From contig OX597823.1 in assembly GCA_951406725.2 (NCBI GenBank), forward strand, positions 8,804,001 to 8,868,000: DNA of 64,000 bases. The letters are read 5' to 3'. The position numbers were made by a program, and so were the translations under genes. Position 1 is the first letter of the stretch. Each line of letters starts with the position of its first letter. Positions 41,280 through 54,283 of the stretch are shown piece after piece. Origin of the DNA: Octopus vulgaris (Eukaryota). The notes under the pieces are model-generated. The model ran no database searches and had not been told where the DNA came from. It saw only the letters and a program-made list of their open reading frames with translations.

Positions 41280-42720
41280 CCGATGTACAGACGATCAACA
41301 TCTGCTTTTGGGTGGTGCATGTTCTTTGAAGTTAGTAGTTTTCTTGTTTTCCTCTCCAGGCGTTGGAGCTCTGTAAGATTCCAGTTAATGATGTTAAAAT
41401 TATATCGGACTACTGGAAGTGTTAAGGTATTAATTGCTTCGATGCGATGTTTAGAGTTGAGTTTAGTTTTTAGTATGAGTCTTATTCTCCTATAATATCC
41501 CTTCCTTATTTCTTCCTTTGTGGTAGCATGGTACTATCTCCCTCGTTTATCCCCAGGTATCTGTAATTTTCCTTTTACTGTTGTTATCTGATTTAATTGA
41601 AGCTGTTTGCCTGGGCTTGCCTCTTATAAAAGTTGCTTTAGCACGCTTATCAAGGCCAAAGTCCATCTCGATGTAATTACTGAATTCTTTAACAGTTTTA
41701 GCAGCCCTGCTGGCGCTTTGTCATTTCTAGCAAACAGCTTCAGGTCGTCCATATAAAACAGATGGTTTATTGTCGTATTGTAAACTTTGAAACCATACCT
41801 GATGTCTTCTAGCTCGTTTCAGAGTGGGATCAGTGCCATGCCAAAGAGAAATGGGGAGAGATAGTCCCCTTGAAAGGCGCCTAGTTTGAAGTTGATGTTA
41901 GTTTGGCTCATCCAATTACTATGGTTTAGAAGGAGACGTGTGTTCCATTTGGCCATACTAACTCGTAAGATGACAGCAGAAATCTTAACTATCTCAAGGG
42001 CCTTGAGTATCAAATTATGTGGGACACTATCAAACGCTTTCCATGTAGTCTATCCATGCATTACTCAGGTTCTTCTTTTTACTCCGTCGATCCTCTACAT
42101 TCATTATACTTATGAGTAATTGATCTTTGCACCCACAAGAATTCCTTTCATAGCCTTTTTGAACTTGTAGAAGGATAGATCTCTATTCAAGGAAAGTGTA
42201 TATTCTGTCAGTATATTCTGTGAGGATCTTGTAGGTGGTGTTCAGAATGTTATTTGCCGGTAGTTCTTTAGATTTTTGTGACTTCAGTTTTTTGTAGAAC
42301 GTTTGTTGTTCCTTCGATCAGCAAAGCAAGTATTTGCTCTGGATTCTGGATGACATCAGTTACGGATGCAACGAAATTTTGGTGTAATTCTGTCAGAAAA
42401 TTTAGCCAGAAGTTATGAATTCGGTCCAGTCCAGGGGTTTCCCATTTGTTAGACTTCCTCAGAACACAACTTATCTCTTCAATTCCTATTCCCTCCTATT
42501 TCTGCTCTTCAACTTCATCCAGTCTCACTTTCTCACGCTCTATCCAGTCAGCTTTAGCATTATATTCTTTTTTGTTATTCCATATCCTCCCTCCAGAACT
42601 CTTCAATTTCTTCTCTATTTATCTCTTACCCTTGCCAACTCCTCAATACACTTTCTGTGCATTCGTCTTGAATATCTTGTTTTATTGATAAAATTTTATT
42701 CTTTTGTCATATCTTCTAAG
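41280..42720 (-). mobile_element. R4/Dong-type LINE reverse transcriptase region (decayed)
   Basis: KAFDSVPHNLILKAL, GAFQGDYLSPFLFGMALIPL, INHLFYMDDLKLFA and MDFGLDKRAK, with many frameshifts. Confidence 0.9.
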
Positions 42721-42779
42721 CCATTGGGCTTTCAGTTGTATTCGTTGTTTCAGTTGATCCTTGGCTGCAGGGAGGGTTA

Positions 42780-44260
42780 TACAATCATTGTATGTTATAT
42801 AAATTTGTTTGTCCTGGTGATTTTGCTACGTATTTGTCTGAATATTTTGTTTATCACACCTAATGCGCCTACTATGATAGGAAATGTTTCTGTTTTTACA
42901 CCCACATTTGAGTTACCTCTATTTTCAGGTCTTTGTATTTTGGAAGTTTCTCCGTTTCATTTATAGAGAAACATTGTCATCTGTTGGTATTGATACATCG
43001 ATTAGAAATCATTTTTTTCTTGGTGATTTCTGACAACTATATCCGGCCGACAGGCTTTAATTTCTCTATCTGTGTGTATTGGCATATCCCAGAGTATGGG
43101 TTGCTTTCTCATTTTCTTTTACCTTTACTGGCGTGTGCCTATACCATCTTTTTTCTGTTGTTATTCCATAGTGCTGGCATAGCTTCCAGTGTTTATTGGT
43201 ATAAACTGTGTCGTGTCCGTGAATATATTCCTTCTTAGCCAGGACCACGGATTTACCATACGTTGTCTGTTGTTTTCAAAGTTTATTCTTTTTTTACGCG
43301 TACTATAATTATTTCTCACATTTTTTACTTTTACATTAATCTTTTTTGATTTCAAATTCCAGTCTTTATCTTATTGTTTCTTCTCCCACTCCACATAGTC
43401 TGGAGTTACTTGCATTTATTTTCACTTCGTGTCTTTGGTAATTTCTGGTGGGAAGTCTTTGATCTTGTGCTGCGATTAAAATCCTTCAGTCTCTGCGTTG
43501 AGTCCTAAGCTTCTCAGCCATTGTTGGGAAAGTGCTTTATCTATTTCTTTTCTGTTTAGTTTAACCCAGTATTCGCTATGATCTTCTTGCTATCGTTTTA
43601 TCATCATCCGTTGCTGTTCCAGATTTAGTTTGCATATAAGTTGTTTTACAGCTTTCATTGTTTCTTCTTTTTTCTCCATAGTTGTTAGGTACTATGACTT
43701 CATTTATGTTTTTGCATTTGCCTGCTTCCTTAAAGACTGAAAACAGTTTTTTCTTTTGTTCGTGTTTTATGGCTATTTGTATTAGTGTTCCTTGCTTCTG
43801 AAGTAGGTATTTCTGTAGTCCTATAGCGATTATCTTGTAATTGTTTTCTAGTTGTATAAGGCCTCTACGACCATAGATACATTATATATATATATATATA
43901 TATAAACTTTCTGTCAGATTTTGGGTGGTGCATCCTAAATCCTGTCAATATTTTTCTTGTTTTCCTGTCTATTTTGATTAGTTCATTTAGAGTCCAGTTA
44001 AGCATACTGTAGATGTAACTTATAACTGGGACGGCTAAAGTGTTGATACCTATTATCCTATTTTTCGCATTGAGCTCTGTTTGCAGTACTAATCGAACTC
44101 GTCTATAGTAATCTTTTCTTATCTTCTCTTTCATTGATTCCTAAATATTTGCATGCCGAGCTTTGGTCTAATTCTCTTATGTCATTTGCTTCATCTAGTG
44201 TGATGCTGCTACTCGTAAGTAGTTTACCTCTTTCCAAGGTTGCTTTGGCACATTTTGTCC
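42780..44260 (-). mobile_element. R4/Dong-type LINE C-terminal half (decayed)
   Basis: KCAKATLERGK..KYLGI, MKEKIRKDYYRRVRLVLQTELNAKN..INTLAVPV, AAQDQ.LPTRNY, RPDIVV..IDVSIP and ETFPIIVGALG. Same family as 47357-47617. Confidence 0.9.
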
Positions 44261-44262
44261 CT

Positions 44263-44455
44263 GGTAGAATTGTTAGCATGCCGGGCAACATGCTCAGCGG
44301 TATTTCGTCTGAGTTTACGTTCTGACTTAAAATTCCGCCGAGGTCAACTTTACCTTTCATCCTTTTTGATAAATTAAGTACCAGCGATGCACTGTGGTCA
44401 ATGATATCGCCTATTGCCTACGCCCACAATTTCAGGTTTTGTGCGTATTTAGAAA
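44263..44455 (+). mobile_element. Diverged SINE family A-related copy
   Basis: ggtagaattgttagcatgccgggc..aaattccgccgaggtcaactttacctttcatcc..ttaagtaccag. Confidence 0.78.
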
Positions 44456-44499
44456 GTATTGTTAAAATTATTATCATTATTATTATTATTATTATTATT

Positions 44500-44949
44500 G
44501 AATGAGAGAGGAGTGCATGCCATCAAAGTGGCACTGGGGTAAAATATATGAAGCCCAGAATCCCCAGCATGACTACCCGTCTGATAACTGTACACGAGGT
44601 ACATGCATCCCAACCATAAGTGCACGACATGGTGATCTCATATCAAGATAAACAGCGCATGACCTTGCAGGTGGGGCCCAGTTAGAATTTTCTTCTGGTC
44701 AAGTAGTACATCCCGCTCAAAAGGTCCCTGAATAAGAATTGTTTAATGATGTTGAACGACCCACCCATGTTTCCAAAGGTGAATTATCCAATCCTCAAAG
44801 AATCCCTTTAAACACACGACTATGATGCTTCTCCACTCCTTCTGCTCATGATCAGAGAAGCACATATCGTCAGCCACTAAGAGACATGGTCAACTGGTTA
44901 CGGTCAAACAACTGACAATTGAGCAGAAGATTTGCTGTAGCCCATCTTT
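44500..44949 (-). mobile_element. Non-coding retroposon (probable LINE 3' UTR) in (TTA)n, copy 1
   Basis: Homologous to 45098-45604. A fixed end abuts (TAA)n and the other end is variably truncated. Confidence 0.7.
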
Positions 44950-44964
44950 TTTCTTTTATTATTA

Positions 44965-44998
<34 letters not shown>

Positions 44999-45046
44999 GT
45001 TTTTGTTGTTGTTGTTGTTGTTGTTGTTATTATTATTATTATTATT

Positions 45047-45079
<33 letters not shown>

Positions 45080-45097
45080 ATTATTATTATTATTATT

Positions 45098-45604
45098 GAG
45101 TGAGAGAGCAGTGCATGCCATCAAAGTGACACTGGGGTACAAATATACGAAGCCCAGTATACCCATCATGACTACCCGTCTGATAAGGGTACACCAGGCA
45201 CATGCATCACAACCGTATGTGCACGACATGGTGAACTCATAACAAGATAAACAGCGCATGACCTTGCGGGTAGGGGCCCAGTTAGAATTTTCTTCTGGTT
45301 GGGTAACCTATCCTACTCAAAAGGTCCCTGAATAAGGGTTGTTTAAGCATGTTGAATGAAACACCCATGTTGCCAGAGGTGAATCATTCAAACCCCAAAG
45401 AATCCCTCTCAACACATGGCTATGATGCTCCCCCACTACTTCTACTCGTGATCAGAGATGCACATATCGTCAGCCTATAAGGGACATGCTCAACTGGTTA
45501 CGGTCAAACAACTGACAAGCAACTCTGTGGTATTGAGCAGAATATTTGCTGTAACCCATCTCTTATACCAAGACAAAACAATGTACATGATAACACTTCC
45601 AGTC
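45098..45604 (-). mobile_element. Non-coding retroposon (probable LINE 3' UTR) in (TTA)n, copy 2
   Basis: As for copy 1; flanked by (TTA/TTG)n on both sides. Confidence 0.7.
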
Positions 45605-46378
45605 ATATTATTATTATTATTATTATTATTATTTTAAAAGAGTATTTAGAATTTCTTTCAATATAAAGTATATTAACCTACTGGATTTGTATTCTATAAT
45701 ATTCAACACCTGACATTTATAAATTGCTTGCCACAGGAAAACAATCAGTTTTATCATTGGAATCGTCATATATATTTTACAGATTACATTTTAGTAAACT
45801 ACAGGCAATCGCATTACAGTAAATTGCCTTGTATGAAAAATCGCATGATGATATAAATATAAAATGTATATGAGAAAAGCTCTATCACCTCCTGCATACA
45901 AAAAAATCTTAGTAGGCAATATAAAGAGAATATTTATCCAGGCTTTCGGAAAACTTCTATTGAGCTATACGCTATTAGAGGCACATATTAAAATAAACGT
46001 CTAAAGTGAAAAAATAGTTTTTAAAGTGATAAAGCCGTACATTATTAATATTATTTAATGTTGCCATTTTCCGTTGTAACGTTACATCGAGACAATACGA
46101 TTTGATAAATTACGCGCTTGGTGATCACGGTCACTGATATAGAGAAATGCATTTAAAATAACCGAGTAATGTTGATAAGTCCTTGTCGTTAGTGAATAGT
46201 TGTATCAACACCACCTACCCATTTCTGTCCATGTCTGAGGTATTTTACATCAAACAGTTTGGGAGTATATATACTGTGCCACGCTATTGCAACCACCATA
46301 AAATACAAAAGACCTATACATTAGATATATGCAGTTAATAATATTAATTATACTATAGCTGCGTTCATTTACAATATA

Positions 46379-47029
46379 TCTATTATATAAAATCCATTCT
46401 GTCTGTCTGTGTGTGTCTTCTAAGATCTCGGGCATCCTCCATCCGATTGCGCTCAAATTTGATATGTTGATACCCACAGTGTCAGGGCGTGCATAAGTCT
46501 TGAAAAAGTTATAAAAATCGATTCCAGGTGAGAATGCGATCGATAGATCCGTGGGAACGTGCATTTGCACGTGCAAGTACATCAGCTCTTGCGATCGATA
46601 CTACGCGTACGCGAGAAAAATGCACGTGCTGTTTGCACCAAAAAATGCGGCTGGCTTGAAATAATGCCACAAAATGCAGTATATTTAAGAGACCAAAAAA
46701 GTAAGAGGCAAAAGAGATATTTTCTTCAAACGTTACTTTCCTGCCAAGCTTACTGTTTAAACCATGTTTGTGTTCTCCCAATCAATAGCCTTATCATTAC
46801 TGGTACTTTAAACTCTTCTGTTGCATATTTGTGTGAATAAAATCGTTTTTCTTTGGAATAGAAAAAAGTCTATCTTTATTTCTTCTTTTGCTGGTGCCTC
46901 AAATTTAAGTTAAATCAGTGTTTCTCAAAGGGGAGGCCTACGGGACGGTCGGACAAGTTGTTTTGAGAAAATTTGGTTTAAATGTTTGACAACTCAGCAC
47001 CGGCCATTGGAATGGGAGCGTTTTGCTCG

Positions 47030-47030
<1 letters not shown>
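46379..47030 (+). mobile_element. Probable Helitron-derived element, family H3 (3' end uncertain)
   Basis: a|TCtattatataaaa..ctgtctgtctgtgtgtgtc 5' end resembles H1; the possible degenerate end is ..ttttgctcg|t. Confidence 0.45.
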
Positions 47031-47060
<30 letters not shown>

Positions 47061-47270
47061 CATATAAACGCTAGGATGGAAGTCAACAGGTTTCTGCACT
47101 CCGCTTCTGCTTTAAGTTGCAAGATGCATATTCAAAGAATATCCTGCTTGATTACTCTTGATAACACTCTCCTATACACATTAGTGTTGTTGTCATGAGT
47201 ATAGATGTTAAAATATTAAGACCTTAAATCGTAGGGGCATCACTTTTAGAAACGAATAATAATAATAATG

Positions 47271-47332
<62 letters not shown>

Positions 47333-47356
47333 CAATTCCTAATAATAATAAACAAT

Positions 47357-47614
47357 AAACAGAAACAATTCCTATCATAGTAGGTGCATTAGGCATGATA
47401 AAAAAATATTCAGACAAATACATAACAAAAACACCAGGACTTACAAACACATATAACATACAGAAAATTGCACTACTAGGCACTGCACACATCCTACGCA
47501 GAACACTTTCCATACAATAACCATCAGAGCATCACAACAAATCACAGCACATACCCAAGGCACACAGAGCTGCGCTCGGTAGTGAAGTGAAAGCACGCTA
47601 TAAAAATAAAACTA

Positions 47615-47617
<3 letters not shown>
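47357..47617 (+). mobile_element. R4/Dong-type LINE 3' end inside (TAA)n
   Basis: TETIPIIVGALGMIKKYSDKYITKTPGLTNTYNIQKIALLGTAHILRRTLSIQ* plus 3' UTR; (TAA)n at 47254-47350 and 47618-47948. Confidence 0.9.
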
Positions 47618-47712
<95 letters not shown>

Positions 47713-47789
47713 TAATAGTAATAGTAATAATAATAATGATAATAATAATAATAATGATAATAATAATAATGATGATGATGATGATGATG

Positions 47790-47829
<40 letters not shown>

Positions 47830-47881
47830 TGATAATAATAATGATAATAATAATGATAATAATAATAATAATAATAAATAA

Positions 47882-47950
<69 letters not shown>

Positions 47951-48301
47951 AATGAATTAACTTTTTCCACAGAATAACTATCAAACTCAATTTAGTAACT
48001 ATAAATCTTACCTGTTTAGTTTAAATAAGCGTAATTAAAATCTAGAATGTAGACATCGGTAACCTGGGCCTATTACTGGAAAGAACGAGGCATTATTATG
48101 GCCACAAATATACTAAAAAACATGTATTTGAACGGATTATCTGGTACGATTAGTCAAAGATTGTTATGTACTAAAACACCCGAAATTATAATTATAATAA
48201 TACACACATGTGATGTATAATTTGCTTTCCTATAAGAGAGGAATGCAGATTGTGCGTGTGAAGCAAAGGTAGTAGAGAATTCGTAAATATATATCAGCTG
48301 G

Positions 48302-48532
48302 GGCGGCAAGCTGGCAGAAACTTTAGCGCGCCGGGCGAAATGCTTAGCGGTATTTCGTCTGTCGTTACGTTCTAAGTTCAAATTCCGCCGAGGTCGACTT
48401 TGCCTTTCTTCCTTTCGGGGTCGATAAATTAAGTACTAGGTTCGCACTGGGGTCGATGTAATCGACTTAATCCGTTTTTCTGTCCTTGTTTGTCCCCTCT
48501 ATGTTTAGCCCCTTGTGGGTAGTAAAGAAATA
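48302..48532 (+). mobile_element. SINE family A with 13-bp TSD
   Basis: aaatatatatcag at 48285-48297 and 48528-48540. Confidence 0.92.
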
Positions 48533-49086
48533 TATATCAGTCAATAAGTCTTCACAAGAAGGTTGCCATCAATTCATAAATGTCGGTTGCAATCATCGGT
48601 GATCATAAATATGTATACAAAGAGTCAAAGGACGGGAGAAAAAACATCTAGAGGAAGTTTCAGGGTTATGCTGGAAAGAGCAGGTAAACTATATATAATA
48701 TTATCCTCGAAGGAAGTATATTTCGTTAAAGGGCGAAACGTTCCAACATGGGACAATAAATTTTAAAAAATCAATAAGAAGATAAGGTCAAAATGTAGCG
48801 TAGTTTGAGACAAAGTGTAGCGTGACGAAAACATTGCGTGCAATAAAAAAAATCACAAATCTCAAAAGATTATTTGAAAGATTTATTTTTGGCCTGATAA
48901 CATACTTTAGCTTAGACAAGTAAAAGTGTCTTCCTAGCTCTTTAATCTTAATTTTGGTTTTATTTTACGTCCATCTGGTCGACACTATCGCTTAAATAAG
49001 GTTCCTTCTCAACTTCATTGTTTTCCCTCACCAAAGTATGTAATACGAAGGTCACAATATCTCTGTTAGTGTTGGTATCATAATTT

Positions 49087-49580
49087 TATCTCTTTATTGC
49101 CCGCAAGGGGCCAAAAAAAGAGGGGACAAACAAGGACAGACAAGGGGATTAAGTCGATTACATCGACCCCAGTGATTAACTGGTGCTTATTTAATCGACC
49201 CCGAAAGGATGAAAAGCAAAGTCGACGTCGGCGGGATTTTAACTCAGAGCGTAGCAGTGGACGAAATACCTATTTCTTTACTTATTTGCTTATTTACTGC
49301 CCACAAGGGGGTGCTCACAGAGGAAAGAAACAAAGACAGACAAACGGATTAAGTCGATTACATCGACCCAGTGCGTAAATGGTACTTATTTAATCGACCC
49401 CGAAAGGACGAATGGCAAAGTCGACCTCGGCGGAATTTGAACTCAGAACGTAGCGGCAGACGAAATACCGCTAAGCATTTCGCCCAGCGTGCTAACGTTT
49501 CTGCCGGCTCGCCGCCTTACGGTTGACGAAATACCGCTAGGCATTTCCCCGGCGTGCTAACGTTTCTGCCAGCTCGCCGC
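49087..49580 (-). mobile_element. SINE family A multimer (head fragment + full monomer + head-less monomer)
   Basis: Three overlapping reverse-strand segments joined near gacgaaatacc motifs. Confidence 0.88.
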
Positions 49581-49893
49581 AATTATTGTGATGAACGTTT
49601 TTCTTTGGTAAGTACTGCCTACCACCGGAATGCAATTGTGTGGTTGATGGTAAGTAATGTACACCCTTGAGGTGGTACATTTTTTCAAATCTAGCAACTT
49701 TTAGCTGGACTTTACGCATTGAAGCTCCCACATGCAGCTGTTAAGCAATAACGAAATACATAGTAATTATAAAGATTAATCTTACATAATGGTTTATGAA
49801 TATGAACCCTGCAAAAACAAAGCTCATGTGGAATGCAGAAACATGCAGTAAAGCCTTTTGGCTTCCACCCTCGTGCTATATTTTTATTTAATA

Positions 49894-50243
49894 CTAGCAA
49901 TATCGCCTGGCGTTGCTCGGGTTTGTAAGGGAAATAACTATATAAGCATTTTTAGAGATGTAAAGTATAATAGCCATCTCAATATGGCTAACCACAAAGG
50001 GGGGTGTTACTGTAGCTTTTTACGTTCTGAGATTTAATAATGCATTAAAATGGGAAAAAATGATGGTAAATTTTTTTTAAATCGTAGACTCATTGTAGAC
50101 GCGCGCTAATACCCAGACGGGCTCGATATGAATCACGGCTATAAGATACCCGCTTTTGGTTAAACTGCACTGCAAAATGTGGGAGTAGTTAGGAATCTAA
50201 ATCGTAGGAGACAGACACACAACTTCATTTTTATATATAAAGA
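49894..50243 (-). mobile_element. Non-autonomous Helitron, family H1
   Basis: Same termini as the other H1 copies, with an internal deletion. Confidence 0.9.
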
Positions 50244-50319
50244 TGTCGCACAGTATCCAATATCGTGATGTTGATCGAAGATATTGTGTCTATCTGTCTA
50301 TTGTTTTTACCATCTGTCA

Positions 50320-51040
50320 GGTCAGAACAAGGACCCCCGACAGACAGTACTTTACGCAATATGCGTGCTGTTCCAAGTAATCCCGATTTGTGCAATACAC
50401 CTAGATTATAGGGTATTCTAAATTTTACAGATGTTTTTTTTTTCAGTTTGGGTGGTATTGAACTCAATGCTTCTATGACAATATGGATAACCAGTATATA
50501 TGACTCTCGTAGCTGTCACATTTTGGTGATCACAATTCTCAGGTCTCCATGTTTATCAATATTTTCTCCTTCTTTCATGATAATATGTTGATCTCCTGAA
50601 ACTGCCACGTCGATTAGGCAGTCTTGTTTATCTTTCCCAAAGGTTACCATGTTCGGCCTTCGGTGCTCTAACACTATGTCAGCCTGGAAGTCAAAGTCCC
50701 AGAGGATTTTTGCTGTCCCCTTTTCGTCTATTACCTTTTCTGGTGTATGTTGGCACCAAGCACTCGTTACCTCGTATTCATAATTTCAGCATAGTAGCCA
50801 GCTGCGCTATCTTGTCGTGTTTGCGCTTGTAATTTTTCTGCGCTAACAATGTGAGTTACGGTTTCGACCCTCTTCCCGCACATTCTGCAGAGGTTCGTTC
50901 CACTTGTGTGGTATAATTCTCTTTACACTGAGTTGGTATTCAATGCCTGGTCCTGGGCAGCGATGATTAGGCTTTCAGTATTCTTTTTCAGATCACCCTT
51001 GCTGAACCACCTCCACGATGCTCCCTCATCTTTTAAGTTC
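50320..51040 (-). mobile_element. R4/Dong-type LINE 3' fragment
   Basis: GDLKKNTESLIIAAQDQALNTNS, AKILWDFDFQAD..EHRRPNMV..LIDVAV.GD and KSGLLGTARILRKVLSV. Confidence 0.9.
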
Positions 51041-51103
51041 TTAGTTTCACAATGGAAATGAGGATGTAATTCCACGCTGAGTAGAGTTTCTTCTCTCTCG
51101 TCA

Positions 51104-51244
51104 TTCTTCTTCTTCTTCTTCTTCTTCTTCTTCTTCTTCTTCTTCTTCTTCTTCTTCTTCTTCTTCTTCTTCTTCTTCTTCTTCTTCCCAGGTTTGGTCT
51201 TCTTTGTTTTTTCGGGTGCATACAGCTGGTTTCAATTGCCCTAG

Positions 51245-51293
<49 letters not shown>

Positions 51294-51531
51294 ATTATTA
51301 TCATTATTATTATTATTATAATTATCATTATTATTATTATTATTATTATTATAATTATAATTATCATTATTATTATAATTATAATTATCATTATTATTAT
51401 AATTATTATTATTATTATAATTATCATTATTATTATAATTATTATCATTATTATTATAATTATCATTATTATCATTATTATTATAATTATCATTATTATC
51501 ATTATCATCATTATTATCATCATTATCATCA

Positions 51532-51568
<37 letters not shown>
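51104..51568. repeat. (TTC)n then patterned (TTA/TCA)n microsatellites
   Basis: Direct reading; a ~60-bp unique spacer lies at 51188-51247. Confidence 0.95.
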
Positions 51569-51569
<1 letters not shown>

Positions 51570-51594
51570 AAAGGCAGCGAGTTGGCAAAATCGT

Positions 51595-51955
51595 TTGTAA
51601 TCTACCAGGACGATAATGCACCAATTCACACAGCTAAAGTTCTTACTGAATGACACGAGGAACAGTTTTTGTAAAGTTGTACGTCAATTCTGGCCACTAC
51701 AGTATCAATATTATTCACCATTTATGGTGCATTTTAGAAAAACATGTAAGGATTCGATATCCTCCGTCATCATCACTACAAGATCTGGAGACAGTTTTTA
51801 GCTTGAGAATGGCCAAAACTTCCTTTGGAAACAATTGAAATTTGTACGAGTCCATACCTCGTAGAATTGAAGCTGTAATTACAGCCAAAGCCGATCTTAC
51901 CACATATTACACTAAATTTGTTTGAAATTTTAAGGTGTTTCCATTATTTTGTCCA
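51595..51955 (+). mobile_element. Tc1-type transposase C-terminal relic
   Basis: IYQDDNAPIHTAK, WP.Q, NIIHHLWCILEKHVR, EW.KLP and LYESIPRRIEAVITAK...TPY*, followed by a TIR-like gtgtttccattattttgtcc. Confidence 0.85.
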
Positions 51956-52138
51956 TTATTATCATCTTGTAATCATGTCATAATAATGATCTTTATGACT
52001 CGTATTACTACCTCAGTCAATCTAAATGTATATATTTGTCGCTACCTGTTATAAATAGCCATTTTCTATTTGCAATATGCATTTTCGTTGATTTTTCATA
52101 CTTTACCCATTTTATATTTTCTTTTCGCAACATATTTC

Positions 52139-52177
<39 letters not shown>

Positions 52178-52325
52178 AGTAGATGAATGAATTATCCTAG
52201 TATGGATAATTCGGTTAATCGATACCTGGGTAGAAAATTCACGTCAGTAAAACACGGTTGAAGTTACATGCCAAGGGCCGAACCCCGTGTTCGTGTGTGG
52301 AAATTTGTGTGTTTTTTTATATGAA

Positions 52326-52495
52326 TAAATGAAGAGAATGGAGTCGAACGAAGATTTTAACAAAATTCCTTTACTTTCGACATATGTTTCGAAGACTGCA
52401 TACTCTTAATTCGGAATTAAGAGTATGCAGTCTTCGAAACGTATGTCGAAAGTAAAGGAATTTTGTTAAAATCTCCGGTCGACTCCATTCTCTTC

Positions 52496-52500
<5 letters not shown>
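52326..52500. repeat. 175-bp near-perfect palindrome adjoining (TA)n
   Basis: 87-bp arms centred on 52413 with few mismatches; each arm carries gtcttcGAAAc.tatgTCgaaag, a hammerhead 3' half-like motif. Confidence 0.93.
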
Positions 52501-52534
<34 letters not shown>

Positions 52535-52548
52535 TAAATTTATAAATT

Positions 52549-52579
<31 letters not shown>

Positions 52580-52636
52580 TCATATATATATATATATGTG
52601 TGCGTGTGTGTGTGTGTGTGTGGGTGTGTGTGTGTA

Positions 52637-52669
<33 letters not shown>

Positions 52670-53737
52670 ACTGCATACTTATGATGTGCTGATATTTCAT
52701 TTTACATATCACGAAGTAACATGTTTTAGAGCTTCGAGAAATGCTGAAGCAAAATACCATAAAATTTTTCATTATCGAAGATTTACGTAATTACACGTTG
52801 AACTGGGTTTTACTGAAAAAGTCTAAGCCATTAAAGCAAATTTGAAATAACAATTAATGTACAATGAAAGCAGAAGTAGAATGTATTTCGTAAAAAGTTT
52901 TATATATCAGCTTAGCAGCTGAATTTGATTTAACGAAGATGGAAACCTAATATTTCTTGTAAAATGTTACTACACTTACCATACACTAAGATCAAGAAAT
53001 ACGGAATTACCATGCGATGTCTGTTGTTTTCGATGTTTCTTCTTTTTATTTCTTATGCGTACTATAACTCTTTCTCGCATTTTTTACTTTTACATTAATC
53101 TTTTTTGATTTCAAATTCCAGTCTTTATCTTTTTCTTTCTGCTAAACATTTTTATGGGCTTCCTTTTATTTTTTTTTCTTATCTTTGTTCTTTTCTTCTT
53201 TTATTATTCTATTTATCTTGCCCTCGCTTTCTCTCATTTAACATGTGTCACTTTCAGCCTACCAAACATTCACATCAATATTCTGATATTTAACTTCCAT
53301 TTTTTTTTCTTTTATATCCTTGCTCTTTTTTTATTCACTATTTATCTTTCTATTCATTATGTTGCCATTAATTTTAGTTCACCTCAATCACAGCCAACTT
53401 AGTGATATTATCTAACATACTATATCACTCGGATCCTTAGCATACAAAGTACGACAAAAATTCTTCAACATCTTTTTTCTTTACGCAAATTCGCCATTCA
53501 TACACATTAAATACAAAGATTTAACGAAAGTTTCTATTCCAGCTTCCATTCAACTCAATAATACTTCTAAAATTCCATTCCTGAGACATTAGAAAATGAC
53601 AGACGAGATGGTTAATCGCTCTCAGACAATGTCGAGACAATTTCCTTGTTTTAACAAGAAAAAAACGTAAATGTACAATTAGACGTTATTTGATATATGA
53701 ATGTGAAATACCTATTCGTAATACCACGCATAGATAT

Positions 53738-54153
53738 ACTCTCTTTACTCTTTTACTTGTTTCAGTCATATGACTGTGGCCATGCTGGAGCACCACCTTT
53801 AATCGAGCAACTCGACCCGGGGACTTATTCTTTTTGTAAGCCCAGTACTTATTCTATCGGTCTCTTTTGCCGAACCGCTAAGTAACGGGGACATAAACAC
53901 ACCAGCATCGGTTTTCAAGCAATGCTAGGGGGACAAACACAGACACACAAACACACACACGCATATATATATATATATATACATATATACGACGGGCTTC
54001 TTTTCAGTTTCCATCTACCAAATCCACTCACAAGGCTTTGGTCGGCCCGAGGCTATAGTAGAAGACACTTGCCCAAGGTGCCACGCAGTGGGACTGAACC
54101 CAGACCCATGTGGTTGGTAAACAAGCTACTTACCACACAGCCACTCTTGCGCC
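53738..54153 (-). mobile_element. SINE family B, full length
   Basis: Reverse complement of family B. Confidence 0.92.
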
Positions 54154-54230
54154 TCCACAAACATGCCTCCACAAACAATAACACGCAGATTATAAATAAA
54201 ACGCCCACATACATGCACACACATATGTAC

Positions 54231-54283
<53 letters not shown>

